Shown in pieces: positions 56,296 through 64,000 of a DNA stretch of 64,000 nucleotides. The notes under the pieces are model-generated. The model made no database searches and was not told the DNA's origin. It worked only from the letters and a program-made list of their open reading frames with translations. The DNA comes from an uncultured Clostridium sp. Lineage in GTDB: Bacteria > Bacillota > Clostridia > TANB77 > CAG-508. The stretch's first letter is position 1. Each line of letters opens with the position of its first letter. The stretch is taken from contig CABPCL010000002.1 in NCBI GenBank assembly GCA_902406115.1, positions 99,384 through 163,383 on the forward strand. The letters run 5' to 3'. A program made the translations under genes and the position numbers.

Positions 56296-56415
56296 TTAGT
56301 CTTTTTTTATTAATGATGCAGGCATTTTTGGTTGATGTAATAGTCCCATTATGATACATGTTGTATTTGTTGCTTTTGCATATCTCTCTGCAATTTTTGC
56401 TATAAATTTTAACAT
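56296..56415 (-). CDS. agrD: AgrD-like cyclic-lactone autoinducer peptide precursor (39 aa), not in the ORF track
   Basis: The minus strand encodes MLKFIAKIAERYAKATNTTCIIMGLLHQPKMPASLIKKD, with GGGGAGGA 7 nt upstream of the ATG. It lies 63 nt downstream of agrB. The peptide has an amphipathic N-terminus, a single Cys, and the HQPKxP motif seen in clostridial AgrD proteins. Confidence 0.75.
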   Translation of the reverse strand: MLKFIAKIAERYAKATNTTCIIMGLLHQPKMPASLIKKD

Positions 56416-56478
56416 AATAATTCCTCCCCTATTATCTCAATTTATAATAAAGCATTGCCGGCTAATGCTATTATTAAC

Positions 56479-57126
56479 TTAGTTTGTTTGTTCTACTTGT
56501 TGTGCTTCTTTTAGATATTCTTCATATCCATATTTGTTATTTGTAAGTTTGTATGCAACTCTTGTTATTGTTATTGTTTGTATAATTACTCCTATAATTA
56601 GTATATTTGAGATTGTATTATCTTTAATTATTAGAGATACTGCTAATGTTAACACCAATGTAATATATGACATTATTTTTTTATTTTTTCTTTCTTTTTT
56701 GCTTATAATTGGTACATTTTCCGTATCAGCTGGTGCATATAAGCCAACCATAAATATGCCAAATATTAATGCTACAGCTACTAAAATATATCTTTCTATG
56801 TCTCCAATTACTATACTTTTACTTAAAAATATATTTCCATAATAGAATAAACTTGTACCTATAATGCAACCTAAATGGCTCTTCAAATGAAATCCTCCAG
56901 AAGCTGCCCTATATGGTATTATTGCAATATATGCAAATAACATATACCAGCCTATTCCAAGTAAAATGCTTATTCCAAATATGATAAATAACTTTGGTAT
57001 TTCTCCTATTATTAGTTGTATTCCATACAGTATAACTTCTGCTTTTTCATCATCTATTTCAGGCATCTTTTTTCGTATCATTTTTACAATATAACTACAT
57101 ATTTTATCTACTAATTTATCTATCAT
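56479..57126 (-). CDS. agrB: Accessory gene regulator B (AgrB), AgrD-processing membrane peptidase
   Basis: PYRAASGGFHLKSHLGCIIGT has the catalytic His...Cys spaced 7 residues apart, as in AgrB. It is a polytopic membrane protein of typical length (215 aa). Confidence 0.85.
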   Translation of the reverse strand: MIDKLVDKICSYIVKMIRKKMPEIDDEKAEVILYGIQLIIGEIPKLFIIFGISILLGIGWYMLFAYIAIIPYRAASGGFHLKSHLGCIIGTSLFYYGNIFLSKSIVIGDIERYILVAVALIFGIFMVGLYAPADTENVPIISKKERKNKKIMSYITLVLTLAVSLIIKDNTISNILIIGVIIQTITITRVAYKLTNNKYGYEEYLKEAQQVEQTN

Positions 57127-57200
57127 TTGATCACCTCATTTGATCTATTTATATATTACATCTTAAATTTCGACTTTTTTCATTTTGTTTATTAAAACGC

Positions 57201-57249
57201 AAAAAAACTATATGAAAAGTTTATTTCTATATTTTCATATAGTTTTTTT
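57201..57249. terminator. Second terminator-like hairpin between the surface-protein gene and agrB
   Basis: AAAAAAACTATATGAAAA-(13 nt)-TTTTCATATAGTTTTTTT. This is an 18-bp perfect stem that includes its A and T runs. Confidence 0.7.
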
Positions 57250-57288
57250 CTTGTTTCATAAATTTTATATTTTTACTTTAATCCAAAC

Positions 57289-57323
57289 TAAAAAGAGAAA
57301 GTATTTTAAAAAATACCTTCTCT
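57289..57323 (-). terminator. Intrinsic terminator downstream of the surface-protein gene
   Basis: Minus strand reads AGAGAAGGTATTTT-tt-AAAATACTTTCTCT followed by TTTTAGTTT. Confidence 0.8.
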
Positions 57324-57345
57324 TAATATTCATTATATTCTTATT

Positions 57346-58686
57346 TTAAATTTCTTTTAATTTGTTATGTTTAATGAATCCTACAATTGATCCACCTATT
57401 AATAATACAATAACAGAAATTAGTCCAATTCCAAAACCTGTTTGTGGTATTACTCCACCTGCTGTAGTATTGTCCTTTTTAGTTGTATTATCTGCTACAG
57501 TATTATCACTTGGATTATTGTTTGTTTTATCCTGATTATCTGTATTATTAATTGTTGTACCTTCTACATTTGCTTTTATTGTGTTTCCTGATACAATAGG
57601 GCAAGATAATTTTGCATCATTGTCAAATGAATCTTTTATTTTTCCTCCTGTCAAACTTACAGTTGCTAATTGTCCTTTATCACTATCTTGAATATTATAA
57701 GTATATTGAACATAATTTTCCTTTATTGTTCCATTTGTTAAATTTCTTTCAGCACAATCTCCAAATTTTATTTTTAATGTAGGTACTGAAGTTCCTGTAA
57801 TTGTTTCACTAAAGTTTACTCGTATAGTAACTGTTTGACCTGATTTATATATTCCTGAATTTGGCGCTGTAACTTTAATGCTTGATACCGTAGGAGCCTC
57901 ATTATCTACTCCATAAACATCATATCCATAAACCATCTTACTATCAGAATCTTTTCCCTTTACCCAAATATAATATATACCTGGTTCTGTTATTTTTTTA
58001 TTGATATAAAAGTTCTTTATTGCAGTATAGCTCTCGTCCATTTTTGTCCAACCATCTTGAGGAGCATCTTCAAGTTTAGCTAAACCATCTACTGTATCTA
58101 TAGACATTCCATTTTTTTTAGCTGAAGTATAATTTTCTATAACTTTACTATCAGTTATTTTTTGTATATTGTAATACAAGTTAGTTATACCATATACTGT
58201 CTTTATGTTAAAGTTACGAAAACTACTATCACTACCAGTAACCTTACTTATTTTAAATGCTCTGGTTACAGGTAATGTTAAATCGATTTTTAATGCATTT
58301 ACTATCATTTTATTGTTTGTATTGTCCTTTATGTATAACCAAGCTGTATTAGTTTCTTTCAATATTTTATCAACTCCACCATCATTATATGATAATGTTA
58401 CGTTAGCAATTTTGTTGTTTGAATTAAAATCGCCTAAATTATACCATTTGTTAACTTCTGAAGCATTAGAACTTCTTCCTACTCCCCATGTATAATTTAT
58501 TTCGTCGTCTAGAGCAATATTAGAAATTTTTAATTCTACATCACCAATTCCTGGACTAGATACAACTTTGTTTACTACAATTCCATCGCTAGTTGTAAAT
58601 GTATCAGTAGCATTAACAATTGTAGGAATTAATGCTAAAACAATTCCTACCATCAATGCCATCATAAAATATTTGATTTTTGTCAT
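57346..58686 (-). CDS. Sortase-anchored cell-surface protein (LPXTG-like IPQTG sorting signal)
   Basis: Has an N-terminal signal peptide (MALMVGIVLALIPTIVNA). The C-terminus is IPQTG, then a hydrophobic stretch, then a basic tail (KHNKLKEI). An N/T/D-rich stalk precedes the motif. Confidence 0.8.
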   Translation of the reverse strand: MTKIKYFMMALMVGIVLALIPTIVNATDTFTTSDGIVVNKVVSSPGIGDVELKISNIALDDEINYTWGVGRSSNASEVNKWYNLGDFNSNNKIANVTLSYNDGGVDKILKETNTAWLYIKDNTNNKMIVNALKIDLTLPVTRAFKISKVTGSDSSFRNFNIKTVYGITNLYYNIQKITDSKVIENYTSAKKNGMSIDTVDGLAKLEDAPQDGWTKMDESYTAIKNFYINKKITEPGIYYIWVKGKDSDSKMVYGYDVYGVDNEAPTVSSIKVTAPNSGIYKSGQTVTIRVNFSETITGTSVPTLKIKFGDCAERNLTNGTIKENYVQYTYNIQDSDKGQLATVSLTGGKIKDSFDNDAKLSCPIVSGNTIKANVEGTTINNTDNQDKTNNNPSDNTVADNTTKKDNTTAGGVIPQTGFGIGLISVIVLLIGGSIVGFIKHNKLKEI

Positions 58687-58905
58687 TTTTTTATCCCCTT
58701 TCGTCTTTAGAATATAATATAACTAATTTATATCACTAATATTTTATAAAGTAAAGTTTTTTTCTTTTTTTTATAGATTTTTTTAATATAAAAGCAAATT
58801 CCTCTTTTGACCGAATTTACTTTTATATTTAACCTTTTATAATTTTTCTCATTATTTTGCATTATAGTACAAAAACTAAAAAAGAGATATAAGTACTTTT
58901 TATAC

Positions 58906-59593
58906 TTATACCTCTATATCTTCAATGATTTTCCAGCTCCCAATTTTTTCTGGTAATGCTTTAAATACCATTTCTTCTTTTGTAACTGGATGCAATATTT
59001 TTAACATATATGCCCATAGAGTAATTTGTTTTCCATGTCCTCTACCACCATACTTTTGATCCCCATATATACTATGGTTTCTGCTAGATAATTGCACTCT
59101 AATTTGATGATGTCTGCCTGTATGTAACAAGATCTTTAAAACTGATAGATTTAATTTTTCATCATATTTTAAAACTTCATAATCCAATTTTGCATATTTA
59201 CTATTTTTCGTACCTTCTTTTACTACCTTACTCATATTGTTTTTCTCATTTTTTAGTAGATAATCTTCTAAAGTTCCGCTTCTTCTTCTCCATTTTTCCG
59301 TTAACAATTACTAAATATGTTTTTTGAAATTGTTTCTCGCGTACCTGCTCGCTAAGTCTTGACGCTGCTTTAGAAGTTTTTGCAAACACCATTACCCCAC
59401 CAACTGGTCTATCTAGTCTATGTACTAATCCTAAATAAACATTTCCGGGTTTATTATACTTTTCCTTTAAATATTGTTTTATAATTGTAAGCATATCTAT
59501 ATCACCAGTCTTGTCTGCTTGTGATGGTATATTTACTGGCTTTTCTACTACGATAATATGGTTGTCTTCATATATTACTTTTAATTCTTGCAT
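58906..59593 (-). pseudogene. RluA-family pseudouridine synthase, split by a frameshift
   Basis: The N-terminal ORF carries HRLDRPVGGVMVFAKT (catalytic Asp motif). The C-terminal ORF carries GTLEDYLLK...LLHTGRHHQIRVQL. Both are halves of one RluA-family protein. The frames switch within GGAAAAATGGAGAAGAAGAAGCGG (plus strand about 59276..59300). Confidence 0.75.
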
Positions 59594-59618
59594 TTCCTTA
59601 GTCCTCTTTATTTTTTTA

Positions 59619-60482
59619 TTAGCTTTCCCATCTTCCATAAATTCCGCAAGGAAGAATTAGTTTTGAATCTGTCATTGGAAGTCCAATTTCTCCAGAACTT
59701 AATTTTCCTCTATATTTTTTTTCAACAGTAAGTTTTAATATGTTTTCTAATACAGTGCTAGATATACCTGTTGTATACGAATTAATTAAAAAGAATAATG
59801 GTTTATCTGACAATACCTTACTGCATAGTTCTACAAGATCCGCAATGTTTTCTTCAAATTTCCAAACCTCTCCGTTTGCTCCTCTTCCATATGATGGAGG
59901 ATCCATAATTATTGCATCATATTTGTTACCCCTTCTAATTTCTCTGTTAACAAATTTTACAACGTCATCTACAATAAATCTAACCGGATTATTTTTTAAG
60001 CCTGATGATTCAATATTTTCTTTTGCCCAAGTTGTCATTCCTTTTGAGCTATCAACATGGCAAACAGAAGCTCCTGCATAACTACACGCAACAGTTGCTC
60101 CCCCTGTATACGCAAATAGATTTAATACTTTTATTTCTCTATTTGCCTTTTGTATTTTTTCTATCATCCAATCCCAATTAACTGCTTGTTCTGGAAATAA
60201 ACCTGTGTGTTTAAATCCCATAGGTTTTATATTAAAAGTTAAATTTTTATATTTTACTTGCCAACTTGTAGGCACTTTTTTGCTATATTCCCAATATCCT
60301 CCACCAGTATTACTTCTATTATATTTGGCATTTACATTTTTCCATTTTTCTGGAAAAGACTTACTTTTCCAGATGATTTGAGGATCTGGCCTTACAAGTA
60401 CAATGTCTTTCCATCTTTCTAATTTTTCTCCATTTGCCATATCTAATATTTCGTAATCTTTCCAATCTTTTGCTATATTCAT
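59619..60482 (-). CDS. Class I SAM-dependent methyltransferase (RlmI/RlmK-like, Methyltrans_SAM)
   Basis: VLNLFAYTGGATVACSYAGA (SAM-binding motif I) and IIMDPPSYGRG (motif IV, DPPxY-like). Confidence 0.75.
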   Translation of the reverse strand: MNIAKDWKDYEILDMANGEKLERWKDIVLVRPDPQIIWKSKSFPEKWKNVNAKYNRSNTGGGYWEYSKKVPTSWQVKYKNLTFNIKPMGFKHTGLFPEQAVNWDWMIEKIQKANREIKVLNLFAYTGGATVACSYAGASVCHVDSSKGMTTWAKENIESSGLKNNPVRFIVDDVVKFVNREIRRGNKYDAIIMDPPSYGRGANGEVWKFEENIADLVELCSKVLSDKPLFFLINSYTTGISSTVLENILKLTVEKKYRGKLSSGEIGLPMTDSKLILPCGIYGRWES

Positions 60483-60531
60483 TTATACATATATGTTAGA
60501 TATTTTCTAACATTTTCCTCCCATTAATATT

Positions 60532-60975
60532 TTATCTACTCTCATTGTTATTATTATCTCTTTGTTTTTCTTCCTTAGTATTATTCTCTGTTTCTCTTTC
60601 TTTAATTTTATCCGCTAATTTTTTTGCTTTTGACTGTATTTCTGATTTTTCTGAATTTGTTAAATTCCAAGATTTATTATCTGATTTACTTTCTCTATCT
60701 TTTTCTACTTCTTCTATTTTTGGTATTAATCTTTCAAGTCCCAATTTTTTTAATGTATATATCGTTGCTTTTAAATCTTGCTTATCGTAACCATATTCAT
60801 CATTATTAATTAAGCTCACTAAACTATCTTCCAAGTTATCTTCTAAATTGTAATTCCATAATTCTTCATCTAGTTGCTTATATTTTTCTAAATTCACATG
60901 TAATTTGTTTAATATTTCATCATATATTAATTTCTTTTGATTTTCTTTTTCATCTACTAAAATATTTTCACTCAT
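60532..60975 (-). CDS. Hypothetical acidic protein (147 aa)
   Basis: ORF with AAGGAAG upstream. I recognise no family. Confidence 0.45.
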   Translation of the reverse strand: MSENILVDEKENQKKLIYDEILNKLHVNLEKYKQLDEELWNYNLEDNLEDSLVSLINNDEYGYDKQDLKATIYTLKKLGLERLIPKIEEVEKDRESKSDNKSWNLTNSEKSEIQSKAKKLADKIKERETENNTKEEKQRDNNNNESR

Positions 60976-61042
60976 ACTTCGTATACTTCCTTTTTTATTA
61001 CAATATTTATTTACTCTTTATATATGATCTTTAGTATTTTTA

Positions 61043-61252
61043 TTATATTCTTCCATTTAATATACTAACAAAACTTGAAAGCATCATAAAGTCTAATATC
61101 ATAAGCATCAAAGTAATAGATACTACTGCAGTAATTAATCTGTGTTTTGACATTGTATTAGAAATTTTTTCTAATATTCTTACCTTTCTTTTATTTTCTT
61201 TCACAGCTTGTCCATAACTTACATTTAAAATTAAATCTTTAGTATACTCCAT
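61043..61252 (-). CDS. Hypothetical small membrane protein (69 aa)
   Basis: GGGGGA lies 8 nt upstream of the ATG. There is one C-terminal TM segment (LITAVVSITLMLMILDFMMLSSFV). Confidence 0.5.
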   Translation of the reverse strand: MEYTKDLILNVSYGQAVKENKRKVRILEKISNTMSKHRLITAVVSITLMLMILDFMMLSSFVSILNGRI

Positions 61253-61337
61253 ATTTAAAATCCCCCTAATTAATTATTTATAATATAAATGTATTCACGT
61301 TAGAGGATTTTTATTCCATTTTTCGTATTCAATGTTT

Positions 61338-63188
61338 TTACATTATATTAAGTTGTTCTTTTATATTTTTTGCTAATTCTTCGTTTATTCCTTTTATTTG
61401 TGATATTTCATCAATATCTGCTTTTGCAATTTTTTCTACACTTCCGAATTTTTTTAGTAATTCTTTTTTCTTTACATTTCCAATTCCTTTTATATCATCT
61501 AAAACAGATTTAGTAATTGCACCATTTCTAAGCTTTCTATGATATCCAATTGCTGTATCATGTACAGTGTCTTGAAATTGTGTAATTACATTCATTAAAT
61601 TTTCAGATAAAGGTAATTCCTCTCTATTTTCATTAATCAATGCTCTTGTAGTATGTTTATCGTCTTTAACCATTCCAAATATTGGTATATCAACTTTTGA
61701 CCAATCATATTCTTTATCTATTTTTATTATTTCTTTTCTTATATCTGAAATAGCTTCTTTTGCAGCTCTTATTTGTATTATTCCACCATCAACAAATATT
61801 GTATCTGGTAGCTCTCCAAATCCTTCGAAATTACCATTATTTAAAATATCTATTGAATGACGTAGTCTACGCGTTATAACTTCCTTCATACATCTTGGAT
61901 CATCTTGTCCTAGCACTGTTTTTATTTTAAATCTACGTGATAAATTTTTCTTAATTATTGCATTTTGCATTACACACATTCCTGCAACAACAAATTCTCC
62001 AGATAAATTAGATATATCGTAACATTCTACTTTTCTAGGAAGCTTATTTAGTGAAAGCACTTCTTTTAATTCTGTTAAAAGAACTATTTTGTCCTTTTCT
62101 TTATTTTCTAAAGTTATTTTAGCATTATTTTCTGCCATTTCTACCAGTCTTAATTTTTCACCTTTTTGAGGTGTTTTTATTTCGACTTTTCTTCCTGCAC
62201 TGTTTGATAACCACTCACTAATAAGCTGTTTGTCTTCTATTTCTTCTTTTATCATTATTTTATTTGGTAAAAGTGGTCTATCCATATAGTATTGTTTAAT
62301 AAAGTTAGATAAAATTTCACTGTCAGATTCATCTTCTAAGTTATTTAAAAAATAATGTTCTCTTCCTATCATCTTGCTTTTTCTTACGAAAAATATCTCT
62401 ACACAAACTTTTCTTTCATTTCTTGCTATTCCAATTACATCAATATCATTTTCAGATATATTTGAAACTTTTTGCTTTTCCGTAATTCTTTCTATTGCAA
62501 TTTTTTTATCTCTTAGGTATGCTGCTCTTTCATATTCCATTTTTTCTGCGGATTCCTGAATTTCTTTTGTTAACTGCTTTATAATTTTATCTGTCTTTCC
62601 TTCTAATAAATCCAGAATTTCATCAATTTGCTTTCTATATTCTTCTTTAGAAACATATCCCATGCATGGACCCATACATTTTTTTATATGATAATTTAAA
62701 CATGGTCTGTCTTTATATTTAAAATTTTTGCATTGTCTTATTTTAAACTTTGTTTTAATAAAATCTACCATTTCTTTTGCTGCACCACTATTGGCATATG
62801 GCCCGAAATATCTTGCTCCATCATTTAATATTCTTCTTGTAATATATACATCTGGATAATCTGATTTAACATTTACTTTAATATATGGATATGTTTTATC
62901 ATCTTTTAGTAAAACATTGAATTTAGGCATATTCTTCTTTATTAAATTACATTCTAGTATAAGGGCTTCTGCTTCATTATCTGTAACAATATATTCAAAA
63001 TGATCAATTAAAGAAACCATATTTTCTATTCTCTTTGTTTTATTGGTTTTTCTAAAATATTGTCTTACCCTATTTTTAAGTGATACTGCTTTTCCAACAT
63101 ATATAATTTTATCATTTTTATCATGCATAATATATACACCTGGTTTTCCAGGTAATTTTTTTAATTCAGCCTCTATATCAAACATCAT
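61338..63188 (-). CDS. uvrC: Excinuclease ABC subunit C
   Basis: GIY-YIG N-terminus (PGVYIMHDKNDKIIYVGKA...NRVRQYF), UVR domain and C-terminal (HhH)2. The start is placed at the MMFDIEAELKKLP Met pair. Confidence 0.93.
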   Translation of the reverse strand: MMFDIEAELKKLPGKPGVYIMHDKNDKIIYVGKAVSLKNRVRQYFRKTNKTKRIENMVSLIDHFEYIVTDNEAEALILECNLIKKNMPKFNVLLKDDKTYPYIKVNVKSDYPDVYITRRILNDGARYFGPYANSGAAKEMVDFIKTKFKIRQCKNFKYKDRPCLNYHIKKCMGPCMGYVSKEEYRKQIDEILDLLEGKTDKIIKQLTKEIQESAEKMEYERAAYLRDKKIAIERITEKQKVSNISENDIDVIGIARNERKVCVEIFFVRKSKMIGREHYFLNNLEDESDSEILSNFIKQYYMDRPLLPNKIMIKEEIEDKQLISEWLSNSAGRKVEIKTPQKGEKLRLVEMAENNAKITLENKEKDKIVLLTELKEVLSLNKLPRKVECYDISNLSGEFVVAGMCVMQNAIIKKNLSRRFKIKTVLGQDDPRCMKEVITRRLRHSIDILNNGNFEGFGELPDTIFVDGGIIQIRAAKEAISDIRKEIIKIDKEYDWSKVDIPIFGMVKDDKHTTRALINENREELPLSENLMNVITQFQDTVHDTAIGYHRKLRNGAITKSVLDDIKGIGNVKKKELLKKFGSVEKIAKADIDEISQIKGINEELAKNIKEQLNIM

Positions 63189-63277
63189 ATATACCAATAT
63201 CACCTCATTTATTATTATATAATTTTTTCCTAATATTTTCAAGGTGGTTTACAATAATTTAAGAGCTTAAAATTTAT

Positions 63278-63306
63278 TTGACACATTTTGTATTTTATAG
63301 TAATAT
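63278..63306 (+). promoter_or_regulatory. SigA-type promoter of the glmS leader
   Basis: TTGACA-17 nt-TAATAT. Confidence 0.6.
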
Positions 63307-63374
63307 AATACGGTAACAAAAGAAGTGTTTACAGATATACTAATTTTATATGAAAAGGAGGAAAGCTTGTATTT

Positions 63375-63545
63375 TATTTAAGCGCCTGGACACATAGTAT
63401 TTGTGTTGACGAGGAAGAAACTTATCGAAAGATTCGGCGGATGGTTTCTTGGCAATGGTTACTGCCACAAATATTAGAAAAGCCTGATAGTGATATCAGT
63501 ATACAAATCTAATAGGGTAACCTTTTATTTGTGATGCTTCTTTTA
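63375..63545 (+). ncRNA. glmS ribozyme: glmS ribozyme (GlcN6P-activated self-cleaving riboswitch)
   Basis: The conserved core reads A/GCGCCTGGAC...TTGACGAGGAAGAAACTTATCGAAAGATTCGGCGGATGGTTTCTTGGC and lies directly upstream of glmS. The 3' boundary is approximate. Confidence 0.85.
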
Positions 63546-63583
63546 TGATTATCAATTTTGATATTATATAAGGAGGTTTTTTT

Positions 63584-64000
63584 ATGTGTGGAATAGTTGG
63601 TTATGTAGGTAGTAGAAAGGCTACACCTATTCTTATTGATGGATTATTATGTTTAGAATATAGAGGATACGATTCAGCAGGAATCGCAACTATTGAGAAC
63701 GATAAAATTGTTGTAAAAAAAGATAAAGGTAGAGTAAAAAATTTATATGATTTAGATGGAATCAATGATCTAAATGGTACAATTGGTATTGCTCATACAA
63801 GATGGGCAACTCATGGAAGACCATCTAAAGAAAACTCGCATCCTCATATGGATAATAGCGAAAAGTTTGCTGTTGTTCACAACGGAATAATTGAGAATTA
63901 TAACGAATTAAGAGAATTTTTAATGAGCAAAGGATATACTTTCTTATCTCAAACAGATACAGAAGTTATTCCTAATCTAATCCATTATTACTTTAATAAT
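63584..64000 (+). CDS. glmS: Glutamine--fructose-6-phosphate aminotransferase, 3' end cut by window edge
   Basis: MCGIVGYVGSRKATPILIDGLLCLEYRGYDSAGIA...HTRWATHG is the canonical GlmS N-terminus. AGGAGG lies 8 nt upstream. It is absent from the ORF track because no stop codon falls inside the window. Confidence 0.93.
   Translation, partial: MCGIVGYVGSRKATPILIDGLLCLEYRGYDSAGIATIENDKIVVKKDKGRVKNLYDLDGINDLNGTIGIAHTRWATHGRPSKENSHPHMDNSEKFAVVHNGIIENYNELREFLMSKGYTFLSQTDTEVIPNLIHYYFNN

Noticed and set aside
1-64000. I scanned for mobile elements, prophage genes, toxin-antitoxin or defence-system genes, tRNA or rRNA genes and T-box leaders.
   Set aside because: No transposase, integrase, recombinase, phage structural gene, cas gene or restriction gene was recognisable among the ORFs. 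The intergenic regions are short and are accounted for by promoters, terminators, ribosomal leaders, the glmS ribozyme, agrD and the palindromic element.

Overview
This is a very AT-rich chromosomal segment (roughly 25-30% GC by eye) from an endospore-forming Firmicute. Gene content and order look Clostridia-like, and almost all genes are on the minus strand.

Contents from left to right:
- spoVAD (partial) and spoVAE, then a HAD-type nucleotidase.
- infC-rpmI-rplT with an L20-type leader, then rplM-rpsI.
- A small orphan gene of higher GC, then mnmA.
- A DtxR-family regulator followed by sufCBDSU.
- Sporulation genes yunB, a SipL-like gene (SPOCS + LysM), veg, yabG and spoIIID.
- rimO, a capA-like gene, an acyl-CoA ligase, RNase G and pth.
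- A GNAT/glycosyltransferase cluster.
- The conserved yqfC-yqfD ... ybeY-dgkA-era-yqzL-recO block. Here phoH/pgpH are replaced by an unknown 430-aa protein, and ybeY is fused to dgkA and a PAP2-like module.
- pdaA.
- A polysaccharide locus of about 20 kb, running from galE to an LCP ligase and VanZ. It has a PglF/PglE/PglC-like initiation set, five GT2 genes, Wzx, Wzy, and two modules of a pyruvyl transferase with an FrhB-like protein.
- An agr-type quorum-sensing locus. It includes a 39-codon AgrD that is below the ORF-track size cutoff.
- A sortase-anchored surface protein, an rluA-like gene, a methyltransferase and uvrC.
- A glmS ribozyme followed by glmS (partial).

I saw no tRNA or rRNA genes, no CRISPR array, and no transposase, integrase or phage genes.

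Four genes are interrupted by single-base frameshifts at A/T runs or simple repeats: the GNAT, pdaA, the agrC-like kinase and the rluA-like gene. This points to homopolymer assembly error, or less likely to real decay or phase variation.

No clear new multi-gene system such as a defence island is evident. The most unusual items are:
- a 103-bp perfect-stem palindrome between pdaA and yqfC;
- the YbeY-DgkA-PAP2 fusion;
- the Cys-tailed DtxR-like regulator upstream of suf;
- the duplicated FrhB-like/pyruvyl-transferase modules;
- the atypical AgrD.
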